Origin: an uncultured Thermoplasmata archaeon | GTDB taxonomy: Archaea > Thermoplasmatota > Thermoplasmata > UBA10834 | Direction: 5' to 3' | Assembly (NCBI GenBank): GCA_963719945.1 | Contig: CAVRDX010000001.1 | Coordinates: 800,001 to 864,000, forward strand | Length of the DNA stretch: 64,000 nt | Shown: one piece after another, positions 39,981-49,344 of the stretch | Layout: each line of letters begins with the position of its first letter | How positions within the stretch are numbered: position 1 is the stretch's first letter | The notes under the pieces: generated by a model | What the model was told of the DNA's origin: nothing | Database searches by the model: none | The model's input: only the letters and a program-made list of their open reading frames with translations | Made by a program: the position numbers and the translations under genes

Positions 39981-40825
39981 ATTATCCCTCCGAAAAGGAA
40001 TGCGATCAATGCGACAAGCATGGCCAGCTTGGCCACCTTCTGACCTCTTTTTGGGTCGGCGAAATGAACCATAGCGCAATATATAAAGATTGCATCCGAA
40101 ACAAGCACGATGGGCACATAGTATATCGACAGGAGCTCCTGCAGATAGGGAACCGGACTGAGCAGCACGGCACCGATGAACGACAACGATGCCGCGAATC
40201 CTGCCTTCCGTACTCCAATCCTCATCGGCAGAGTGAGTCGGACCCCTTTATCGCCCTCCACATCCTGAATGTCCTTTATGACCTCTCTACCTAGCGTTGC
40301 CAGGAACGCCAACGCAGCCAATATCCATGCGACTTCCATCCGCCCCACCGCTGCGCCACCGAATAGGAAGAGAGCACCTGTCAGCCAACTGATTGCGAGG
40401 TTGCCCGCAATCCCTTCGCGCTTCAGGCTCACCTCGTATGAAATCATGAATAGTATCGATGTGAGGACTATACCGAGGGACCATAGATTGATGAACGAGC
40501 TGAAGATGACCGCTATCGAGAAGAATACAATTGAGAGTATCAATGCGGATCGTGGCGATACCAACCCTTGGGGTATCGGGCGCTCAGGGTGCGCAGTCTT
40601 GTCGATATCCCGGTCGAAATAGTCGTTCAATGAATTGCCCGCGCCCGTGAAGAATATGACCACTAGCAATGAGAAGAGCACCTCCAATCCATAATCAAGT
40701 AACCCATCGGGACCCGCGCATATGATCGACGCGAGCAGTGTCCCCGCCGCACCCATAAGGCAATTCGCGGGCCGGAGCAGATGGAATAGACCCGTTATGG
40801 GATTCCGCTCAATCCGATTCGCCAT
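39977..40825 (-). CDS. Digeranylgeranylglyceryl phosphate synthase (UbiA family)
   Basis: LRPANC, NSLNDYFDRDIDK..HPERPIPQG, REVIKDIQDVEGD, TLP; adjacent to GGGPS. Confidence 0.9.
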   Translation of the reverse strand: MANRIERNPITGLFHLLRPANCLMGAAGTLLASIICAGPDGLLDYGLEVLFSLLVVIFFTGAGNSLNDYFDRDIDKTAHPERPIPQGLVSPRSALILSIVFFSIAVIFSSFINLWSLGIVLTSILFMISYEVSLKREGIAGNLAISWLTGALFLFGGAAVGRMEVAWILAALAFLATLGREVIKDIQDVEGDKGVRLTLPMRIGVRKAGFAASLSFIGAVLLSPVPYLQELLSIYYVPIVLVSDAIFIYCAMVHFADPKRGQKVAKLAMLVALIAFLFGGII

Positions 40826-40927
40826 CAATGATGTCAGATAATGCCCGGATATAAGACTTTTCTCAAATGCTGGCTGCGGGATTACGTACAAAGTCTTATG
40901 TAGTGATGCCATGTTGGGCAGAATACC

Positions 40928-42760
40928 ATGGTACAATCCGCCCCACCAGATGCTTCAAAAGAGATAGAATTTGTGAAGGGTCTGGTGGCCAGACACTTTC
41001 CTGTCTACGATGTTCGCATCAGCTATGACGTCGTGCAATTCTTCTGCAAGATTGACGAATCCATACTCGAAGCGGAATTTGAGACATTACGAGAGGAGAT
41101 GGCCCCTCACGGATTCATACCGATGGTCACCTACGAGAAGGGCGAGCACATAATCATGGTGGGGAGAAAGCCCCCGGCGAAGTACAAGAGCATCTACGTG
41201 AACCTGGCGATGTTGATCATCACATTCCTCGCGATGATGCTCGCTGGAGTCCTGGATTGGACTTCCTATGCAGATGTGCCTGGAAACGAGACTTTCTCCA
41301 TGGAAAATATACTCATGGGAACACTCGTGTTCACCTTGCCATTGATGGCCATCTTGGGAGTCCATGAGCTCGGCCACTTCTTTATGGCACGCAGGAGAAA
41401 GGTCGCCGCGTCACTGCCATTCTTCATACCTTCGATCCCACCATTGGGAACATTTGGAGCGTTCATATCCCTGAGGGACCCGATACCGAACCGGAAAACC
41501 CTATTGGAGATAGGTGTCGCAGGACCGCTTGCAGGATTGGCAGTAGCGATACCATTGGCAATCCTTGGCCTCATACTCACGAATGCAGAAGCTCGTCCTA
41601 TTCCAGAGGACCTGGGCACGGGCAGTGTGGCAAGCATCTCGTTTCCTATGATATACCTCTGGCTCGAACAATTATTCCCAATCAAAGGAGACTATCTCCT
41701 TCATCCGACTGCATTTGCAGCATGGGTAGGATTCCTCGTGACCGCCTTGAACCTCCTCCCTGCAGGTCAACTCGATGGCGGACACATCGCAAGGGCTCTC
41801 CTCGGCAACAAGGCCAAGTATGCGAGTTGGGTCACAATCATAGCACTAATCGCGATTTCGATGTTCTACATATCGTGGTTATTCTTCGCGATCCTGATAC
41901 TATTCTTGGGTTCGAAACACCCACCGCCCCTCAATGACATCAACAAGCTCGATCTCAAGAGGAAGGTCATTGGCGCTTTCGCGTTCGTCGTATTGATCAT
42001 CGCGTTCGTCCCTGTGCCCATGGCGATTATAACTCCAGATTACACATATGGCATGGAATCAATGGATGATTCGACGAACGTCACTATCATACCAGGCGAA
42101 TCCGTGATATTCACAATCTTCGTCGAGAATCTAGGCAACACGAAGAACAACATCTCATTCGAGAAGGCATCGTCACCCCAGGGGTGGGCTGTCTCGTTCA
42201 AATTATCCACCGACTCCGACGATGCATACTCTGAGGTCTACCCGCTCGTACTGAACAACTCGCAGAATGCCACGATGAACGTAATGATCGAGTCGGCTTC
42301 GAGCACTCCCATCGGCAACTACACGGTATCGATCGAAGGATCGGCACCGGCATCTGAAGAAGTAGCAAGCTATACGGGTTCAATGGACTTCCACTTCGAT
42401 GTCATCCTGCCATCATTGACATTCTCGCTGCAGGACGACGGACAGACGGTACCGATCGGATCCAGTGGCAATTATACGATCCAGGTCAACAACACTGGCA
42501 TCGTTGATGTCACGATAACCATATCCGTAAGAGACCTGCCAGCATATGTCGCTGCGGTGATCGGCGTTGTCGACTCAGAAGAATCGACCTGGACCTCAAC
42601 AAGCTTGGAGGTCACGGTCCCTGCGGAGGGAAACATCACACTCATAGCCGAGTTCATCGTATTGAATGATGCAACCCCGGGAACACAGTATGCAACTATA
42701 GAATCGACCTACCAGGACTTGCTGCTCGAAGAGACGATCATATCCATTGTAATCGAATGA
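40928..42760 (+). CDS. Site-2 protease (M50) with C-terminal beta-sandwich/Ig-like extension
   Basis: HELGH, GTFGAFI, IGVAGPLAG, NLLPAGQLDGGH; acidic Thr/Ser/Val-rich C-terminus with V.N.G motifs. Confidence 0.88.
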   Translation: MVQSAPPDASKEIEFVKGLVARHFPVYDVRISYDVVQFFCKIDESILEAEFETLREEMAPHGFIPMVTYEKGEHIIMVGRKPPAKYKSIYVNLAMLIITFLAMMLAGVLDWTSYADVPGNETFSMENILMGTLVFTLPLMAILGVHELGHFFMARRRKVAASLPFFIPSIPPLGTFGAFISLRDPIPNRKTLLEIGVAGPLAGLAVAIPLAILGLILTNAEARPIPEDLGTGSVASISFPMIYLWLEQLFPIKGDYLLHPTAFAAWVGFLVTALNLLPAGQLDGGHIARALLGNKAKYASWVTIIALIAISMFYISWLFFAILILFLGSKHPPPLNDINKLDLKRKVIGAFAFVVLIIAFVPVPMAIITPDYTYGMESMDDSTNVTIIPGESVIFTIFVENLGNTKNNISFEKASSPQGWAVSFKLSTDSDDAYSEVYPLVLNNSQNATMNVMIESASSTPIGNYTVSIEGSAPASEEVASYTGSMDFHFDVILPSLTFSLQDDGQTVPIGSSGNYTIQVNNTGIVDVTITISVRDLPAYVAAVIGVVDSEESTWTSTSLEVTVPAEGNITLIAEFIVLNDATPGTQYATIESTYQDLLLEETIISIVIE

Positions 42761-42762
42761 TC

Positions 42763-43755
42763 TCAGAGACGCTCGAGGATCGAGAAATATCGGGTCAATG
42801 AACGATGCACCCATAGAGGATGCGTTTCCACCGTCGCAAATCCGTCTACAGATGAGATCATAGATTCTTCCGGTTTGGCGAGTACCACGCGTGAACCCCG
42901 TTCAATTACTTCTCCGAAGGACGCGACTGATCGGGCAAACAACGAATCGAGGCTTTCCCCGTTGGTGCTTGTGGAACGACCATATGGAGGGTCGGTTGCG
43001 ATACCATCTACAGGACCGACGACATCTCTCAGATGGCCGACATCGCATACGAAGAATTCCGCACTTACGCCCAAATGAGCCATGTTCTCCTTGGCTCCAG
43101 ATATCATGTCCTCTGACAGGTCTGAACCAAGTGCGTTCTGACCAGCTAATGCAGCCTCAGTAACGATAGCGCCCGTCCCGCAGAACGGATCAAGGACAGT
43201 CCCTCCATCTCCGACACGAGTGAGATTGACCATCGCCCTCGCGAATTTCGGATGGACCGAGATGGGATATGTGAAAGGGAGGTATCTGTTCTTGCGCCTC
43301 TCGAACGAGGGACGATCAATCGAGCCAAGCAGCCGTCCCATGTACAATCGATTCGATGAAACGATTCGAAGCTCGGATCGAGGGGAGTGTAAATCGACGC
43401 CCCGGCCCTTGCCGATTATCCCCCCGATCCTGCGGGACAGTTCCTGCAGATCAAGTCCTTCCTTGGGCAGGCCCACCTTGGTCGCCCTCACCCGGATAGG
43501 ACCCTCGACTTCGGTCGCCTCCGCCAATGCATCGATATCCGCAAGGTCAGAAGATCCCTTGAACTCGGATATGTGATGGCATAGCGCGAGCCTATCAACC
43601 AAGCGCTTGGGATCAGCACACGTTTCCAGCACCAGTATGCCGTCATCCTCTGCTATCACTCGAGGAGGATCTGAGTCCATGATCGAGGCAACAGCCTTTG
43701 CCTCTGAACGGGCGAGAGACTCGCATTCCAGGGACAGCTCGAACAGCAGCTTCAC
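42763..43755 (-). CDS. tRNA (guanine-10-N2)-methyltransferase, THUMP plus methylase (Trm11/TrmG10-like)
   Basis: VDLHSP THUMP region, HPKFARAMVNL, VLDPFCGTG, TDPPYGRS, VHRSLTR. Confidence 0.85.
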   Translation of the reverse strand: MKLLFELSLECESLARSEAKAVASIMDSDPPRVIAEDDGILVLETCADPKRLVDRLALCHHISEFKGSSDLADIDALAEATEVEGPIRVRATKVGLPKEGLDLQELSRRIGGIIGKGRGVDLHSPRSELRIVSSNRLYMGRLLGSIDRPSFERRKNRYLPFTYPISVHPKFARAMVNLTRVGDGGTVLDPFCGTGAIVTEAALAGQNALGSDLSEDMISGAKENMAHLGVSAEFFVCDVGHLRDVVGPVDGIATDPPYGRSTSTNGESLDSLFARSVASFGEVIERGSRVVLAKPEESMISSVDGFATVETHPLWVHRSLTRYFSILERL

Positions 43756-43794
43756 GCATCTGCCAGATGCGCACGTATGCTTTAATCCTTCGAC

Positions 43795-45258
43795 CTAGTC
43801 AGATATCCCGCCCTCTGAGACCATGAACACTGCCTCGGCCTCCGGCAGGTTGGGTGAGTCGATGAGTCTGGCGATCCTCTTGCCGCCTTTGCTCTTGCGC
43901 AGGTATATCCTGAATGTCGCGGTGTGGCCCACAATATGACCGCCTATAGGCCTCGTCGGGTCTCCGAAGAACGCGTCAGGTTTTGCGGACACCTGGTTGG
44001 TGACCGCTATCACCGAGTTGTTCAGATCTCCGAACCTCAGAAGGTCGTGCATGTGCTTGTTCAGCATCTGCTGTCTCTCCGCAAGCGCACCCCTACCTAT
44101 GTATTCCGCGCGGAAATGCGCGGTCAGAGAATCGACTACGAGCAGACGGACAGGGTATTCCTTTGATAGTTCAGTCGCCTTGTCGACCAATAGAGTCTGA
44201 TGGTGGCTGTTGAAGGCCCTCGCGACATGTATCTTCTTCAAGATCTCTTCGGGGTCGAGGTCCTGCGCCTCGGACATCTGGACGATCCTCTCCGGCCTGA
44301 AGGTCTGCTCCGTATCTATTATCATTGTGTGACCATCCAACCCCCCGTCTTCCACGGGCTTCGTGGTGTTCACAGCCAGCTGATGACAGAGTTGAGTATT
44401 GTGAAGCACCGTTGGAAGATTGCCCCCTATGAACGAATGCGTCTTCGGGACGACGAGGTCGTACACATAATCTTCGTGAATGAACGGGCGCACTGCTCTG
44501 ATCTCGTCCCATGAAAGAAGGTCCCGACGCTCGATGAATCCATCATCATCGTAACAGTCCTTGCTCGCTGGAGTCGCGATGAGATCTCCGGGCCTCAGTG
44601 CGGAAGTCGGAGTCCACGCTATATCACTATCCCTCATCGCAAACAACCTATGGGGACCCGTGAGTTCCAGCACTCGCCCGCCCTGGGTGACTACCTCGAA
44701 CATGCGGGATACGCGTTCGCGATATATCGCCGCAGCGGGCACCTTCGCCAACGCGCCTTCAGACAGGCTGGGCACGCGGATGTCGTCCAGCGACGCCATC
44801 TCGCCGGAATCGAACGGCCTCGATCTATCGCTCGCGTAGCGTTCGTACATCCTAGCAATCGATTCGACACGCACAGTGTCCGAGCAGGAGTATACCAGCT
44901 CGGTCTGGCCTGAGACGCACTTGCCTGATCCGAACTCGCCGAAGAACTCTGTGATGGCGCGACTCTCGAACCCGCCACCCATCAGCTCGTCCAATGCCTT
45001 CGAGTTCGAGCCTAGCTTGGAGATGCTCTTCCTGCGCTCGAGGAGGATGTCCCCTGTCTCGAATCCGCCCACATCGGCAGCTTTCTTGGCGGCCGCGATT
45101 ATCTTTGCGGCGGTGGACTCCCCTATCTCGGCGACCTCTGCCAGGTTCTTAGGTGAATCTACGGCAATCGTCATGACATCTGTATAGCCCGCCTCTCTGA
45201 GCTTCTCAAAGATCGCTGGGCCGACACCAGGAAGCTTTTCGATATCCTCCTCGGACAT
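43795..45258 (-). CDS. radA: DNA repair and recombination protein RadA, intein-containing
   Basis: LPGVGP Hh[11 protein letters not shown]|[42 protein letters not shown]. Confidence 0.96.
   Translation of the reverse strand: MSEEDIEKLPGVGPAIFEKLREAGYTDVMTIAVDSPKNLAEVAEIGESTAAKIIAAAKKAADVGGFETGDILLERRKSISKLGSNSKALDELMGGGFESRAITEFFGEFGSGKCVSGQTELVYSCSDTVRVESIARMYERYASDRSRPFDSGEMASLDDIRVPSLSEGALAKVPAAAIYRERVSRMFEVVTQGGRVLELTGPHRLFAMRDSDIAWTPTSALRPGDLIATPASKDCYDDDGFIERRDLLSWDEIRAVRPFIHEDYVYDLVVPKTHSFIGGNLPTVLHNTQLCHQLAVNTTKPVEDGGLDGHTMIIDTEQTFRPERIVQMSEAQDLDPEEILKKIHVARAFNSHHQTLLVDKATELSKEYPVRLLVVDSLTAHFRAEYIGRGALAERQQMLNKHMHDLLRFGDLNNSVIAVTNQVSAKPDAFFGDPTRPIGGHIVGHTATFRIYLRKSKGGKRIARLIDSPNLPEAEAVFMVSEGGISD
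44398..44919 (-). mobile_element. 174-aa mini-intein in the RadA Walker A motif
   Basis: Begins CVSGQT after GSGK; block B LELTGPH; ends YVYDLVV..THSFIGG..TVLHN followed by Thr; no LAGLIDADG domain. Confidence 0.95.
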
Positions 45259-45430
45259 AGTGATCAAACACCTTCTGAATCAAAACCAGCTGGACTGTTT
45301 ATAAGCATATTGATTGGAGGTATGCGAAAATGGTCGCATACCATGTGCCGTGGGTCGGTCCAGTCATCTTGAATACGTTAGAAATGGTCACCGAAAGGTA
45401 TTAAACCAGATTCGTTCTTCGAGGGAAAGA

Positions 45431-46177
45431 ATGGCCAAGAAGAGGAAGAAAGAGGAGAAAGAGGAATACGAGTTCAAGCCTCCTACATTCGATGAGAAGG
45501 AGTTCCTGCAGAAGGAACTCCGAGACACGAGGACCGTGCTGTTCACTATCGGATATGGCGCGCTGGCCGGACTCATCGCAGGACTGATATCCGACTTCAA
45601 CCAGGATCTCGTGTTCATCGGTTTGATCATAGTCATAGCCGGTCTGGTCTCCCTCAAATACTTCTACTCGGTGATCAAGGTAGATACATCCCAGTTCCAG
45701 AAGAAGAACTGGGCGGGCAATGTTGTGTGGTTCTTCTTCACGTTCCTGGCCATATGGGTGCTACTATTCAATTTTCCGTTCGCTGACCATGCAAACCCTT
45801 CGGTCAGGGATGTGGTCGTCTGGGTCTATGACGGGGACAGCTACACTGCGGTCGACTACAAATATGTGGACTCGTCCGGAAGCTATGAATGGGTACCAAG
45901 GGACGATGTCATACTCAGCACCCTTGTCCATGCATCATCCAACTACACGGTCAATATAACCGCCAGGATAGCTGATAATGGCAATCTAGCATCGGCGAGG
46001 ATCGTCATCGGCAGCGGCACATACGTTCCGATGACCTACGAAGGGAATCACAGATATGGGTATCAGATAGATGGTGCCGACCTTCCTTCTGGCGGGCTGT
46101 CATTCTCGATCGAGGCAATTGACGAAGTCGATAACATCACCATCTTCGAGCCTGTCTCTGCGATACCTGTGGTCTGA
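45431..46177 (+). CDS. Hypothetical membrane protein (about 3 TM plus extracellular beta domain)
   Basis: Charged N-terminus FKPPTFDEKEFL, three hydrophobic segments; TATA-like GTATTAAA upstream. Confidence 0.7.
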   Translation: MAKKRKKEEKEEYEFKPPTFDEKEFLQKELRDTRTVLFTIGYGALAGLIAGLISDFNQDLVFIGLIIVIAGLVSLKYFYSVIKVDTSQFQKKNWAGNVVWFFFTFLAIWVLLFNFPFADHANPSVRDVVVWVYDGDSYTAVDYKYVDSSGSYEWVPRDDVILSTLVHASSNYTVNITARIADNGNLASARIVIGSGTYVPMTYEGNHRYGYQIDGADLPSGGLSFSIEAIDEVDNITIFEPVSAIPVV

Positions 46178-46200
46178 TGAACCCACGATGGGAACACTCA

Positions 46201-47535
46201 TCATTCATCTCTTTCCCAGGGCATGCGATCGTCAAAGTGTTGCGTCAGCGCCGCCATATAATCTTTTGATGCGAGCGTCTTGCCGCTGACGACCGAGATA
46301 TCATCCAGCTTCTTGACGTCCTTGCCCAGCCTCAGGTTCCTTATATTGCTCCGAAGGATGGCATCGGCGCGGGTGAACTCGCGCTTCACATGAACGAACC
46401 ATCTGCCGTCTTCGATATACGGCTCAGAGAGTCCGCTCGAGCGCCACTTCTCCAGAAACTCGGAAGCGTTCTCAGAATACTCCGGCGGCCCTTTGTGTAC
46501 CCTCATATCCTGCAGCCTGCTCGACGAGAGCTCGATGAGAAGATCCACTCTACTATCCTGGACGAAGACTGATGCCTTCTCCACCTCGAAATCGTTCCTC
46601 TTGAGCAATGATTCTGCAGCGACCAGCGATTTCCTCAACTGAGGGTACAGGACATCGTCGATGAGGTCCAGTTTGGGCATGCTGATGGCCACCATCTCGT
46701 CTAATCTCTTCCCTGCCACCTTCATAAGCCTATCGGATCGCCAGGTCTTCCGCTCAGCGGGATAGAAGAATCTTGCAGAGGGATGGCCCATGTACTCCCT
46801 GCTGGCCCTGACGAAGCGGACCAGAGACTCGAGCGAGACCGCAGATGCCACGTTCCTGCCATGGTCGACCGGGTCAATGAACGTCAAAGGCTCCCTGAAG
46901 GGTTCCCCTGAGTGTTCAGACAACTCGATATGCTGTCCCGAGGTCCATCCCGTCGCCGACTCGAGCACCTCACGGAAGCCTCCGAAGCGAATGATCAGCA
47001 GTTCGCACAGATAGCCTGAGAAGCCCTGGACCTTCGCTTCGGCACCGTAGCACTCTATCCCTTTCATGAACCGCTTCAGAAGGCGGACCTGGTCGGTCTG
47101 CTCCTTGGACAGATTGTCATTTATGAACCTCGTATGGAATGGCGTGCGGTCGACCGCGCTCATCTTCATCCTGGTGTCGCGTATCTTGAATGCTGGAACG
47201 AGGTCCACCTGGAACCCCATGAAATGCCCTCGCACGTAAGGGTGCTGCGCATAGTGCTCCCTCCCGGTGATGACATTCCTCGCGATCTCCAGCCCCTTCT
47301 CCTTGAGCGTCTCCAACGGGGTGCTCTCCGGGAACAGCATGAACAGGTCGATGTCAGGGTCCTTCAGATGGGTCCCCTTGGCCACAGAGCCTACGAGCAT
47401 GACCTCGATGTGCGCGTGTCTTCTACGCGCCTCGTTCAGAACCATCTCCGTAAGCTCGCTGGCGGCATCATGTACCTTGCGGTCCTGGACCGCAGTGGGC
47501 CTGCACTTCGTAAGGATCTCCGTCTCGATGGACAT
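46201..47535 (-). CDS. cca: Archaeal CCA-adding tRNA nucleotidyltransferase
   Basis: VGSVAKGT.L.D.DIDLF, YAQHPY, SAVDRTPFH, VRLLKRF, GFSGYLCELLI, IDPVD..RNVA. Confidence 0.95.
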   Translation of the reverse strand: MSIETEILTKCRPTAVQDRKVHDAASELTEMVLNEARRRHAHIEVMLVGSVAKGTHLKDPDIDLFMLFPESTPLETLKEKGLEIARNVITGREHYAQHPYVRGHFMGFQVDLVPAFKIRDTRMKMSAVDRTPFHTRFINDNLSKEQTDQVRLLKRFMKGIECYGAEAKVQGFSGYLCELLIIRFGGFREVLESATGWTSGQHIELSEHSGEPFREPLTFIDPVDHGRNVASAVSLESLVRFVRASREYMGHPSARFFYPAERKTWRSDRLMKVAGKRLDEMVAISMPKLDLIDDVLYPQLRKSLVAAESLLKRNDFEVEKASVFVQDSRVDLLIELSSSRLQDMRVHKGPPEYSENASEFLEKWRSSGLSEPYIEDGRWFVHVKREFTRADAILRSNIRNLRLGKDVKKLDDISVVSGKTLASKDYMAALTQHFDDRMPWERDE

Positions 47536-47654
47536 TGCCCAGTTATTGGCCCATGAGATAATAAAGAGAGACGGGCGACCCCGATTGAAAATTCTTTAAC
47601 GAATATCGGACCTGCATGAATCATGCACATTCGTGCCCTATCGTTTTGTCACAA

Positions 47655-47755
47655 AATCAGGATGGAAAGGAAGGATGGTGTCTTTCGGTCGGTGTGGTGG
47701 GGATTGTCAAAACTTCTTGCTTAGGAGGAAAGTTGAGCCACCAACCTAAGACACC
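47655..47755 (-). ncRNA. Candidate small hairpin ncRNA
   Basis: GGTGTCTT/AAGACACC closing stem, TGGTGG/CCACCA and AACTT/AAGTT inner stems; TATATA 23 nt upstream; pyrimidine tail. Confidence 0.5.
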
Positions 47756-47848
47756 GAAAATAGCCTAGTCGAGACGGTATATATGAGCGTTTCTGCCATA
47801 CTTACCCAGATAGGCCGGGATTAGTATCGAAAGGATGTATTTCGTATG

Positions 47849-48205
47849 TCAGAGGCCGTCCCTGATAGTGGACGACTGGATATTTGAGGCGGATATCGAA
47901 TCCTCGAGTTCCTTCAGGTGGATTTCATCGATCTCTGATACGCTTACGAGTTCCGTATTCGTCCCTCCGAGATACAACACTACGACGATTCTTCCGTTCG
48001 AATATAGTTCAGCGAATCCGAAATCGGAAGCCGGGGCCCACATGTTCCTCCTAAAGGACAGCGAGCATGCTGACGCTATGCTTTCGAACAGAGGGACCAA
48101 CTCCCTCGGTGCCTCGTCGGTGCGGATGATCGCCAAAGTCATCGCCGATTTCATGCAATGAGCGCTTATCTCGGCGATTTCGTGGTCCGCCAATTTGGCT
48201 GGCAT
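47849..48205 (-). CDS. Hypothetical protein
   Basis: 118-aa ORF filling the gap; no motif recognised; start uncertain. Confidence 0.45.
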   Translation of the reverse strand: MPAKLADHEIAEISAHCMKSAMTLAIIRTDEAPRELVPLFESIASACSLSFRRNMWAPASDFGFAELYSNGRIVVVLYLGGTNTELVSVSEIDEIHLKELEDSISASNIQSSTIRDGL

Positions 48206-48333
48206 CAGCCGCGCCTATCCCGCGGATGTTAGATAATCCTTCCGCAGGAAGGGCATACACAGATTCTGGACGATGTCTCAAGATTTAATATCCCAAACCG
48301 CAATCACGCGATTCAAGGGGATGGGGTCACACA

Positions 48334-48471
48334 ATGTGTTCTGATAGAGATTGCCAGATATTCCGAGGGATGATCATCGCATGCGACCTGTGCATGAAGA
48401 ACGACAAGAACGGTTCCCAGAATGCCGTCGCCGGCATTCCGGATGAGAGGACAAGCGCTCGGATGCTTTGA
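48334..48471 (+). CDS. 45-aa Cys-rich microprotein (not in ORF track)
   Basis: MCSDRDCQIFRGMIIACDLCMKNDKNGSQNAVAGIPDERTSARML; TTTAATA and G-rich SD upstream; stop abuts the convergent stop at 48472. Confidence 0.55.
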   Translation: MCSDRDCQIFRGMIIACDLCMKNDKNGSQNAVAGIPDERTSARML

Positions 48472-49284
48472 TCACTTCTCAGGCGACAGCCTTATCCTGT
48501 CGCTGACCTCGATGCCGTCCTTCTCGAACTCGAGGCACATGAAATCGCGGGCGGCGACCGTCCTGACGCCAGAGCTGTTCTCGATCCATTTGGCCTGTGT
48601 CTCCGGGTTCTCCTGTATCACGCGCATGCCGAAGTGCGTGATGACCGCCATCTCAGGACGTATCTTCTCGATGAGGTATCCAGCATCCTCGGTGCTCAGG
48701 TGGTGCGGTATCCTCTGCCCGAGCGGGCGCGTGACGCACGCTATGAGTATCCTGCACTTCTTATGGGCCTTGATGACCTGCTCCAGGAGCTGCGTGTCCG
48801 ATATGTATGACACGATACCGCCGGAGGTCTGTATCCTGAACCCCACAGAGCTCGTGTCGGAATGAGCCGACGGGGTCGCCCATACCTCGAACGGTTTCAG
48901 TGTCATCTTGGAGAACGGCTCCATTATCTTGACATGCTTTGGCTTGGCCAGATGATACTTGGATATCGCAGGGCCAAAACCGCCGTCGCCTTCGATGACG
49001 CTCCTGCTGCCGATCAGTATGCCCTGCTTCCTGGTCCCGCCCTCGGTCATCGCCTCGATGAGTATCTCCGCGTCCATGTAATGGTCTGGGTGGCAATGGG
49101 ATACGAGGATGGCATGGGTCTTCATAGGGTCTAGCCCTATCGAACGCATTTGCACCAGGGCTCCAGGACCCGGATCGACATGCAGGTTCCTCTCGTCCTC
49201 TATATATATGCCGCCCGTCGCCCTGGCCTGATAAATCGTAGCGAACCGTCCTCCGCCAGTCCCCAGAAAAGTGATACGTACCAT
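48472..49284 (-). CDS. MBL-fold metallo-hydrolase (RNase Z/PhnP-like)
   Basis: ITFLGTGGGR, VDPGPGAL, SHCHPDH, YISDT, HHLS, ITHFG. Confidence 0.88.
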   Translation of the reverse strand: MVRITFLGTGGGRFATIYQARATGGIYIEDERNLHVDPGPGALVQMRSIGLDPMKTHAILVSHCHPDHYMDAEILIEAMTEGGTRKQGILIGSRSVIEGDGGFGPAISKYHLAKPKHVKIMEPFSKMTLKPFEVWATPSAHSDTSSVGFRIQTSGGIVSYISDTQLLEQVIKAHKKCRILIACVTRPLGQRIPHHLSTEDAGYLIEKIRPEMAVITHFGMRVIQENPETQAKWIENSSGVRTVAARDFMCLEFEKDGIEVSDRIRLSPEK

Positions 49285-49344
49285 GACTGACAAACCTTAA
49301 TGCTTGGTCCCTTTAATACCCTTCCGCAGCCAGAGGTGAGCCAT

